DNA from: Octopus bimaculoides
Taxonomy: Eukaryota
Direction of reading: 5' to 3'
Assembly: GCF_001194135.2 (NCBI RefSeq)
Contig: NC_068981.1
Coordinates: forward strand, 122,182,788-122,215,285
DNA length: 32,498 nucleotides
Below the pieces are notes generated by a model. It was not told where the DNA came from. It made no database searches and was given only the letters and a program-made list of their open reading frames with translations. How positions within the stretch are numbered: position 1 is the first letter of the stretch; every line of letters starts with the position of its first letter. This document shows, piece by piece, positions 8,813-18,975 of the stretch. Both the position numbers and the translations under genes were made by a program.

Positions 8813-10404
8813 CACTGCGTGTCAAATTGTTAGGCAAGTCTGTTTTTTCCGAAATAATAGAGTATTTATTCATTCGAATCCAAATGTTTTTTTCACTGCA
8901 CTGAATGATGGCAATATCTACCTGCACATACTGTAGTAAAGTACATTGGATCCGTGCAGATGTAAACAAACGGCGGCCATTTTCGTGAAACAGCAACAAT
9001 TTTACCGTCCTGGATTATTAGGAAAGTGCCCAATATAAATGTTATGGGTCAACAACGTGATTTAACATCAAATGAGAAGTCCACCATCATCCCAGAGCTT
9101 GGAAAAACGAAAACAACACTGGAAATATCAAAGATCCTGGACAGAGATCATTGAAGTGTGAAGAAATTTGTGGAATCTTCTGCTGTCTATCCGGTAGCTG
9201 ACAAGTGTAAATCGAGGGTTGTTTCCAGGCGTACCCTGCCACGTATAACGAGGGAAGTTGCGAGGAACACGTTTCTGACTTGTCGAGAAGTGTTTAAACG
9301 TTGTGGTAGCGAAGACATTTAGAAATCTGCTAGGTGCAGCCTCCTGAAGCAGGTATCCAAGAATGTGCAACCTGTTACAAGCCCCTCATCTAAAGGCTGT
9401 TCAGAAACAAAATAGAGTTAAATAGACAGAAGACTACACGAAGATAAATTTTTCAAAAGTCCTCTATACTGAGAAATGCCGTGCTACCCTAAACGGACCA
9501 GATGGGTGGAGTGAAGGATGGGTTGCAATTAGCAGAAATCGTCCTCATCGTTTGAGTCACTAATAAAGAGGAGGCGGAGTTTGGGTTGGCATCATTGGAG
9601 ACCAATTGGTTTGTCCTTGGAAATTTCCAGACGCAATTAAGATGACATCTAATGCTTATGTTGCCACTTTGGCGGACAATTTTAAGCCATGGTTGTAGAA
9701 GCAGAGAGTTTCATTAAAGGGAACGCTGGTATTCATTCATGTAAGATAATACGTCCTCCCTGGAATACCTACAGCAATTATGCTTCTCTGGACACCGTTT
9801 GATGAAGTGGCCAGCGTGTTCACTCGACATAAATGCGATTGAAAATCTATGGAGCATTTTGAAGAGAAAGATATATCAAGACTAACGGCAGTTTTCAACG
9901 AAAGATGTGCTCTGGGAAGCTATCGTGGATACTGCTGACAATATTACACCAGATGAAATAGTTACCTGACACATTTATTGGATAAACGTGTCAGGGACGT
10001 TCTCTTATGTTGTGGATCATATTCCACCATTAAGAACCTTATGATGTCATATTTCTTGTATTGTTGCCATTCAAACATAACATTATGTTCATTATAAAGT
10101 CCGTTATGATTGATGTTAACTGGTACTTTCTTTGATAATTGTACAAATTTACATTCATTTCATATGTATAAAGTACTTGGGCAAATTGATTATAGAGTTC
10201 TAGCAACTATTGAAACAATCGCAAAGAGATGTAACACCAATATCTTCGTTGTTTCATTTGGTACTGCTATATTTTAAAATGCATAACCGCCGCTTCAATA
10301 GTGAATGTCTGCAAATTTGCTCTTGTATAGAACTCCCGAGGAATAAGGAAAGAGGAATTTTAGTTCTTCCATAGGTTGTTGCCTGATGTATTCGTGCAGG
10401 TTTA
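8813..10404 (+). mobile_element. Tc1-like DNA transposon, near full length, DD37E (TRT-like), non-autonomous
   Basis: TA followed by CACTGCGTGTCAAATTGTTAGGCAAGT looks like a left TIR at 8811-8839. A decayed transposase spans 9044-10033. A possible, poorly conserved right TIR lies at about 10379-10404, giving about 1.6 kb in total. Confidence 0.8.
9044..10033 (+). pseudogene. Tc1-family transposase pseudogene (multiple stops and frameshifts)
   Basis: MGQQRDLTSNEKSTII..TTLEISKILDRDH*SVKKFV (paired-like HTH); FSKVLYTEKCRATLNGPDGWSEGW (first D region); RGGGV; DNTS (second D); EYLQQLCFSGHRLMKWPACSLDINAIENLWSILKRKIY (E). Confidence 0.9.
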
Positions 10405-10416
10405 ATACAGTACTAA

Positions 10417-10640
<224 letters not shown>

Positions 10641-10889
10641 GTGTGGGTAAATTATGTTATAACCAATTGCTCAAACTTTTACCTACTTCAATAATTTTAG
10701 GTGCGTAATAGATAGCAGATAAAACATGACTTAAAACATGCATGTACACAACTATAATCAAACGCACTCATATATATGTCTATATGTTTGAATGTACTTA
10801 GATGCTCCACTCAAGGTATGCTAAAATGATTCTAATATTAGTTACATACATATGTACATCGGCCTTTCGCCAATATATAGTATTTCAAT

Positions 10890-11100
10890 GCAACGAGATG
10901 GCAGAAACTTTAGTGCCCGAACAAAATGTTTAGCGGTATTTCGTCCGTCTTTACGATCTGAGTAGAAATTGTGCCGAGGTCCAATTTATCTTTTATCCTT
11001 TCAGGGTCGATAAATAAGTAGCAGTTGAGTACTGGGGTCGATATAATCGACCTACTCAAACCAACACGAAATTGTTGGCCTTGTGCTAAATTTTGAAATA
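10890..11100 (+). mobile_element. SINE family B, near full length
   Basis: GAGATGGCAGAAACTTTAG (A-box), TTTAGCGGTATTTCGTCCGTCTTTACG, GTGCCGAGGTC, TTTATCCTTTCAGGGTCGATAAATAAGTAG, CTGGGGTCGATATAATCGAC, tail GGCCTTGTGCTAAATTTTGAAA. Confidence 0.85.
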
Positions 11101-12539
11101 TACAGCATGTTCTATTTTCAAGGGGAATACATGAATGCAACAGGGAAATCAAATTGAAAATACATGTATAATATTCGGTAATCGTCCATTCTTCTTCAGT
11201 AGGGTGGACCGTAAATATGTGAATTGATATATTGCGAGTTACAAGCATAAAGGTGAATAGCGAGATAGCTAATAATATTTTTGGCATTAGTCTTAAATGA
11301 AAGATACAGTGTTTAATACCTAATAAGTAAATTGGCATAGTATAGAGGAATATGTAAACTTCAACCTGTTGGAATATGGAAATTGAAGTTATGCCAGATT
11401 TCTGAATGAAGATACTTATACATTTATTCATCATAGATGGTTTCACATTGACACTTCAGAAAAAAGGCATATATTCCCCACCAGTATTTGCCTCTGATCT
11501 AAACAGAGATCTAATTACTCAGTAAAAAAGTGCCATGTATGAAAAAACAAAACAAAAAAAAACGCTATTTATGATTCATGTGAAAATCTTTTACAGGGAG
11601 ATGAAACAATATTTTTACTTAAAATATTCTAATATTTAGGGGCATGACTTTCAACAGTCAATTCCTCGTTTACTATTGCGCGCTTAGATAGTATTTCAAT
11701 AATGATTTTTCTTTTATTTCAAAGAGTGAATTAGCCGGCGCACATTTTCTAAAATACATTTCCGGTATGTCTCTAAACCATGAAAATCCCACAGTATTTG
11801 ATAAATAGATGAGAAACGAAGGTTAAAGAAGTAGTTTTACTTTGATACTAAATATGTTAACAGCTTTGAATGAGATCCTAAATATGCATGCACACGCAAA
11901 TGGCTATATGTATACGCAGAGGAGACAAAAAAAACACTCTAACGCACAATCTCTCACACGCTCACTAACACACACACATACACCCACATGCTCACACAGA
12001 CATTAATATTCGTGTGTTTGAAGTCAACAGAATAAATCTTAACGTAACTTAATGGAAGAGGGCTCAATTCTTCAAAGGATTTATATATATGGCAAACCTA
12101 ACACATGTTTCTAGCTACAGATTATTACATTTTACTAAAGATAATATGCTTAAAACTATCTCACAGTTTTGTATTTCTCTTCCACATCAAACATTTATTA
12201 ACGGGCAATCCCCTTCCTCGGCTGAGCCGAATACTCATATTCCCTCTTGCCTTTTAACGTATGGCAGCCGGTCGATTATAATTAGGTACAAAATTGTTTA
12301 TGGAATAAATCGGTTTTCTATAAACACAGCTAAAGGTTTTATATAAAGGTAACAAAAGCATCCAAATGACTCAACGTAGAATTCGATTTTACGGGTAACA
12401 TCAACATGGCACTAAACTCACATAAACGAACTATCGCTCACTAAAAGGGCTCGGAGAATATTTATAAGTAATTATAAATTACTGGAAATATTTTGGGATT
12501 ATAAAGTAAATCACTCATACAAAACATATGCCGTTATTA

Positions 12540-12725
12540 TAGACACACACACGCAGGCATGTGCACCACACACACGCACGCATGTGCGCGCAGGCACACA
12601 CGCACATATATATGTACGCGTGTGTGTGCGTGTGGGTGTAAGTGTGTGTATGTACCTACGTGTATATGTGTGCGTAGTCCGTGTGTGTGTGTGTGCGCGC
12701 GTGCATGCGTGTGTCTGTATATGTG
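12540..12725. repeat. Degenerate (CA)n followed by (TG)n: alternating purine-pyrimidine tract
   Basis: Directly visible; polarity switches at ATATATAT near 12605-12612. Confidence 0.9.
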
Positions 12726-13199
12726 TTCGAAAGTTACATGTGAACACACGTTCAACATATGTAGTAATGCTTATATCTTTGTCGGATGTGGTCGATTTAT
12801 TCCTCAGAGACTCTTACTACGTGTAATCAATCAAGCAAATAGAACGAGCCGTTACTCGCGAATGATTAATATTTGTTAAAATGTGCTATGCTTTTACAAA
12901 TCCCTTTAGTTGCTAATGTATTTTCAAGCAGATATAGACACCTAGTTAACGAAGAAAAATGAAGCACATATAATTTAATACCCGCTTCAGGAATTAAACC
13001 GTCAAGCTTATGATCATGACTTCAGCTCCCAATCATTTTCACCCTTTGTTGTTTAACCTAAATGATAACTCCATGCCCTGCCCTTGCACTTTTGAAAATA
13101 TGTAAGTATGAAACACTCCTTAAACATGACAATGTTTAGGTTAGCATTTTGACTATTAATGTATCCCAATAATATTAGACCTTCTTCAATATTACTACT

Positions 13200-13397
13200 T
13201 CTACTGCCAGAATTGTTTACACAATGCTTATCGGCATTTTGCGCCTCTTTACGTTCTGAATAAAAATCCCGCCGTGGTCGACTTTGTCTTTCATCCTTCC
13301 AGGGTCGATAAAGTATGTACCAGCTTAGCGCATTAGTCAATTAAATCGATTTACGCCCTCCCCTGAACTTGCTGGCGTTGTGCCAAAATTTGAAACC
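13200..13397 (+). mobile_element. SINE family B
   Basis: GCCAGAATTG..ATGCTTATCGGCATTT..TTTACGTTCTGAA..CGCCGTGGTCGACTTTGTCTTTCATCCTTCCAGGGTCGATAAAGTATGTACCAG..GTGCCAAAATTTGAAACC. Confidence 0.85.
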
Positions 13398-13899
13398 AAC
13401 TTACTACATGCAATATTATTGCATCCGAAATATTCAACCAATCCAAGAAGGCAGTAGCGCCACTACGAATGCTTCACTTAAACCTACATTCCTCTAGGGA
13501 GGCAGGAAGATTCAGAGGGACGTTGAAACAATGGAGCAACCGAACGGGCCGCTAGTTGAATTCAGCCCTAAATGTACCACATGTCTAGTGGATAAATTTC
13601 TCATGCTCATCTTCCTGGCGCTCGAATGAGCGTACATAGTGGAAATCCCTTATTTGCGACGAAGCATATAAAGTGGTGTGTACTAATTTTTGTGTGTGCG
13701 CCCATATAGCAAAACGCGAAGAGGATATATGTGGTGCGTCAACTATTCGAAGAGGATAAAATTTAAATTCAGAGGAGAGTGAAAATATTCATTAGAAATA
13801 ATTGTATATATTTATACGATTTTTACATACACTTAGCAAAAGCATATGTATGTATGTATGTATGTATGTATTGCATTAATCTGTTTTATTTCATCATTT

Positions 13900-14090
13900 C
13901 TTGCCAATAGAGAAACAGCCGGTTTCTAATCTAAATCAAAGTCTCGTTCGTTAGATTTTTACAGTTTCAGATTTTTACAGTTCCAGTGATGGCGTGGATC
14001 TCTAGTCTTCGAATCAGCTTTCTACTTTCTGGTTTTGAGAAGCGTAATTTCTCAATATTGTTATTTAGGGTGAGTGTTACATATTCTATG
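13900..14090 (-). mobile_element. RLE-type LINE (R4/Dong-like), 3' end with 3' UTR
   Basis: Minus strand reads NIEKLRFSKPESRKLIRRLEIHAITGTVKI*. A 16-bp local duplication of AGATTTTTACAGTT[T/C]C is present. The 3' UTR includes TTGCCAATAGAGAAA. Confidence 0.75.
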
Positions 14091-14124
14091 TCTGAATGTC
14101 ATTATTCAACTTTTCGTCAAGATT

Positions 14125-14190
14125 TTTTTGCCAATAGAGAAAGAGCTGGTTTATAAACTAGATCCAAGATTCCTTCGTGCATTTAAGTCT
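14125..14190 (-). mobile_element. Second copy of the same LINE 3' UTR
   Basis: TTGCCAATAGAGAAAGAGCTGGTTTATAAACTAGATCCAAG matches TTGCCAATAGAGAAACAGCCGGTTTCTAATCTAAATCAAAG at about 13901-13941. Confidence 0.7.
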
Positions 14191-14355
14191 TGTTTTATGT
14201 ATACTTTCTCATGCATATACTTGCATATCTAGACATGCTCATATATATTTAATGATAAACTTATGTATGTGTCTGAGTATGTATATATAGGTATATACAC
14301 ATACATATGTACACCGACCCACCCACACACATAAAGGGCTTTATGGGCTTAGTCA

Positions 14356-14487
14356 TGGCTCGGTAGTAGCAAGTTCACTTCCTATCCACGTGGTTCCGGG
14401 TTCACTAGCACTGCGTGGCACGTCCGGCAATGATCTTCTATACCAGCCCCAGAGCGACCCAAGCCTTGTAAGTGGATTCGGTAAACT
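14356..14487 (+). mobile_element. SINE family A, 5' half
   Basis: GGTTCCGGGTTCA (B-box), CACTGCGTGGCAC, AAGCCTTGTAAGTGGATTCGGTA; homologous to 5768-5900. Confidence 0.8.
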
Positions 14488-14589
14488 TAGCAATTCGAAG
14501 TATACACCATTAGAACAAGCGTCAGGATTATAAACACGCGCTGGGATACATACACGGAGATATGTTGGAGCCACGGAAACATGTTAGAT

Positions 14590-14865
14590 ATCAGTATGAA
14601 AAACAACGAACTTCTGTTAAGATTCCAGTAATGCACAACGTTACCTTTTTGACTAAATGCAAATGGCATTTAAAAGAAATAGAGAAAATGTCATGCAGTA
14701 CTAAATGGAAGCTCCTGGAACAGCCTGGATTATACCTCAACGGAGGTAGATGATGCAAAGTTTGCTTGGCCGAAAGGGCAAGGATTCTCAAAAGAATTCG
14801 CTTAACTCAAGGAGCTTCTGGTGCCTTCATGTGAGTTAATTCGTGCTGGAGACAGGTTTCCCCGA
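14590..14865 (+). mobile_element. Penelope-like element, C-terminal part of the GIY-YIG endonuclease
   Basis: FLTKCKWHLKE..STKWKLLE..YLNGGR*CKVCLAERARIL, then after a frameshift NSLNSRS. This fits the LSKYIWxLK / IKWKIL / CxLCLxEK / LNxRSE series of Penelope EN domains. Confidence 0.7.
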
Positions 14866-15549
14866 TTACTGAGTAACTAACGGATAACGTACATAAAATG
14901 TCTCATTTTGGAATCAACTAAAACTACTCAAAAGTAGGAGATAACTTTGTCTCACCTAGATGAGGTTTTTCCTTCGAACAATTTCGGTTTAGAGCTTTTT
15001 TTCCCCATTATGCTAACGAAGATTTTATATCTCTTCAGCTAAAAAGTCAAATGCATCGAGTATATTGCTAAGAGCAATAATAGGTATGAAACGTATGCTA
15101 AATTTCTGATCGGTAATAAGAAACGACAACATAATGTATTACTGAAAAAATGTTTTGTAGATTGCACTTTTTTTCGCTTGGAATTTTATGTCGTGTAGTA
15201 TTGTTTAATGGAACATTAACATATTCTTTAGTATAAACTACACGGAGTCTTCTAACATAAACGATGTTGCATACAAATCAGATGATTTACACGAACTTAA
15301 GTTTTAAAATTTTAAGCTGTCTTAATAATCGGTTGAATGGATGCTGTTGTGTCCTTCAACGAGAATCTGCTTAATTGAGACAGTTACAAATGTCAGAACA
15401 CCTACATTTTCACATTGGCTCTTTCTGAACCAGCTTAGGAAGAGTGAGGGGCCTGAGGGAGCTCATGTGAAGCGTGTTCAGGTTTAATGTGACGATATTT
15501 CATGTCTCCTTTTTTAAGAAACAGCTTGAAGTATTGGTGAAATGTCAAC

Positions 15550-15953
15550 GGCGTCGGAAACCATAAAGGAAAAGTAAACAATACCCACCAAATTTGTAGT
15601 GGTCTTTGGGTATGCTCCCAGTGAGGATGATGTCACGTTACCCAACATCATGGAACAGGGAATTAGTCTAAATTTAGACGGCTACATGAAGCTGCTGGAG
15701 ACAGTGGCCAATCCCTGGCTGGAGGTGGCTTCTACTAGAAGTCCATTTGTGTGGCAGCAGAATTAGCTTTCTCGTCATACTTCCGGAAAAAGTCATAAGT
15801 AGTTGTCGAGGACTTTCTACGATTTCACCAGACCCAATTTCTGGACACCTACGTCACCCATTTGTAATTATATGGGTTAATCTGTGTGGGACAGTTGAGA
15901 AAGACACCAACTGTTCTGCTTGCAACATCGATGTTGAACTGGTGGCTGGTTAA
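15550..15953 (+). mobile_element. DD37D (maT) transposase C-terminal relic
   Basis: VVFGYAPSEDDVTLPNIMEQGISLNLDGYMKLLETVANPWL..PFVWQQN*LSRHTSGKSHK*LSRTFYDFTRPNFWTPTSPICNYMG*SVW, then after a frameshift GTVEKDTN. There are 37 residues between the two mutated catalytic positions (QQ[N] to M[G]). Confidence 0.85.
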
Positions 15954-16078
15954 TGTGTTTTCTTTTCTTTCAAAAATTTATATCGAACTTAGTCGTGACT
16001 TATGTTAGGCATAATACGCTGACATGATTTTATATGCACTCGCGCTGTCAATTGTGACAATGATATTGATAATGTTAA

Positions 16079-16101
16079 TGATGACGACAAACAACAACGG
16101 C

Positions 16102-16141
<40 letters not shown>

Positions 16142-16166
16142 GCAACGACAGCGACGATGATGATGT
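16079..16166. repeat. (GAT)n trinucleotide repeat with degenerate GAC/AAC flanks
   Basis: Directly visible. Confidence 0.95.
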
Positions 16167-18152
16167 TGATATATTGTGAGAATATGAAAAGCGACTGCTT
16201 CAAAACGTATGCTGAAATCAGTCTGCCATGAACCAGTGGAGACTTCCTTTCGATCGACGATTCGGTAGAATGATATTATGCAATAACTTACCGAATGACC
16301 AAAGTTCAACTCACACGATGTTTGAATTGAACTTTGAACCGCATTATGTTGATAACATAACTGCCACTTCAATATTTCTATCAATATTTTAGACTATTTC
16401 CTATTCCAAGTTATATGCACTGTTTTCTTTTTGTATTTGAAGACATTACCAATTTATTCGGTAATACATAAAAAAAATCGCTTTCCATAATATTAAATTG
16501 GTTCCAGAAAACCGTAATAATATAGGAATGTTGTGAAAGAAACTATTTTGAGTTTAGAAGAATATTTTGTATGAAATTATTTTGAATTTAGAAGAAAATT
16601 GACATGACATTTCAGCAGTTTCCAATTATATAAATTCAACTTCTGTTTTTAATCATTGTTTCTGAAGCATTTCACATAATGAACTTATCAACCCCAATTA
16701 AATTGACGTCTGCGCTTTATTTTATAGTTTCCATCATAATTTGTGATCCTGCACCATTTCTTCGGTCGATGTTCTGAGTATATTTGAATCAAATAAATTT
16801 GATTACAATTCATCATTTTTTCTAAGAAGTATCTCTCAATATTCCGTTCATACACATGAACTGTAAGAATTGTTCACTTGCCCAAATTATATGAGTAATT
16901 CAGATATATTGAAAGACAAAAGGGAAATGTTAATATTCAAATGATAACAATCTTGAAAGCTCAAAATTGTATAGCATTTCCTTCTACTTATAACCATAAG
17001 CTGTGTGGAAATAACGTTTATGAAAAATGAATATGAGAACGTTAAAGTGACTAGATTTCAGATTCAGATTCAAAAGTAAAAATCTATAGTTCAAGATACA
17101 TCAATTTATGTTTTTAGAGAAAGAATTCATTTGGTTTAGACATGACGCAGCAATTTACCAAGAGAAAAATTTAGTACGGATAAAATATTTATGATTTCGC
17201 ATTCATTGAAGCATTTGCATCAATTCTACTTGCCAAGTAATGGATAGTTCTTACATATATGATATCAAAGACAAGCGATTTATGTTTACTGTTCAAGAAT
17301 ATTGGTAAGTTGAATTTTGCAAATTTCTTTCTTCAAACATCGGTTTAAATCGATGATTTATTTCTGTTTTCTTTCAGCTAATAGTGAGATCAAAGGCCTT
17401 AACAGCTAGGAACGTTTAACAGACATATCTAAAACTATTGCATAATCAACCTATAGGATTTAATAAATTCTGTTCTCTCGATCGAAATTCAACTAACTCG
17501 AAATTCTGTAAAACATGATGAAAAACAATTTAATGATAAAGAGCAGGTAACATGAGCACCAGGATATCGACTTGCTTAGAAAGCTTAAAGACTCCGAAGT
17601 ATTCGAATGATCTTCTGAAAATTCCATACCGCATTTAAGGAAATGACCTTTGTCATGTTATCAAGAAAAGCAATTTTATTTTACATCCTGTCTTACCTTA
17701 TCGAAGATTTTGATAAATCCACAAAAAACAATCTACAGTTCCTAATTTCTCAGCTGTATATTCATGAAAATATTCATACAATTATTATATCGAATGTCAA
17801 ACTTGAAGACATAGAAGATACATTAAGTTTCATAGGTTTTGGTTTTACAAAAAGATTTGTAATTCGGTTGTTTAGGAGAGAGTGAGCCTACATTTGCTGA
17901 CAATATAGAGGAGTCCAATGATGTTTATCGCAAACTAATTTATTGCATTTGCTTATAAAAAAAAAAGCCTCGATTGAAAAAACTCTTTAGGAATGTGAAA
18001 CATGTACTAATGCATAGTTTTCGAAGAGATTAATAATCTATTGCTTGCCAAGGAAATTATTTGACTTTAACAAGAATGTCATCTTCACCAAATATTTCAA
18101 ATACAATACGCACAATAAATACCAACAACCTACACTCAACCACGCACACGAA

Positions 18153-18154
<2 letters not shown>

Positions 18155-18246
<92 letters not shown>

Positions 18247-18291
18247 GCATACAAGCATACATACATACATACATACATACATACATACACA
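18155..18291. repeat. Long perfect (TA)n (about 44 units) followed by (CATA)n
   Basis: Directly visible. Confidence 0.98.
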
Positions 18292-18785
18292 TAGAAATGT
18301 ATGTGTATATATTGGTCTAAGTCTGGATGTGTATGTAAAAACTATGCATTAACAAACATAGCGAAATGTAAAGCAAATATTTAATATTGTATAAAAGAGC
18401 GATCATGGATATTTCCAAAACTACTACAAACTCCATGCGGCGACGCGTTATATTTTCTGTTCTAAATAAATTTAATCTGCAAATGATACGTGAAATCCTT
18501 TACTTAAAAGTGTTTGAAAATAGGTGTAGCTATCTCAGATCTCGGTACACATAGATACAATTACGAAATAACAAAATATTCTGATATCAAAGGAATGGTT
18601 TTAGTTTCGCAAATTTGTGTTGACATCTATAGACATACACACATATTTATACAAACATACATACATTTATGCATACATACATTCATGGAAGCACATATGC
18701 CAACCGTGCATACACGTATCATTGTTTGCCTATATAAATGCAAGTACACACACACACACACAGACATAGATAGACATATAGATAC

Positions 18786-18819
<34 letters not shown>

Positions 18820-18929
18820 NNNNNNNNNNAAATGAGAAAAACAGAAAAAAAGACAAGGAAAACAACAACGCGAGGACGTGGTACATACAAAATATTAATA
18901 AAATGCTCAGTGAAGGAACGAATAGTACC

Positions 18930-18975
18930 TCTTCCCAAACATTTCGAGCCTCGTACCTAGAGTAGAAAAGAATAT
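18930..18975 (+). mobile_element. SINE family B, isolated 3' tail (alternative type)
   Basis: CTTCCCAAACATTTCGAGCCTCGTACCTAGAGTAGAAAAGAATATT resembles CCCCACCAAATTTCAGGCCGTGTGCCTTTAGTATAAAGGATCATT at about 23710-23754. Confidence 0.5.

Noticed and set aside
10910-11446. 178-aa minus-strand ORF
   Set aside because: The C-terminal third is antisense SINE B; the rest is F/I/L-rich as expected of AT-rich non-coding DNA, with no recognisable motif.
13430-13680. GC-richer island with CCAAT and TATAAA and a 43-codon open stretch
   Set aside because: CCAAT-TATA spacing (about 230 bp) is not promoter-like and the peptide is unrecognised.
15989-16384. His-rich 131-aa ORF
   Set aside because: The poly-His is the reverse strand of the (GAT)n microsatellite.
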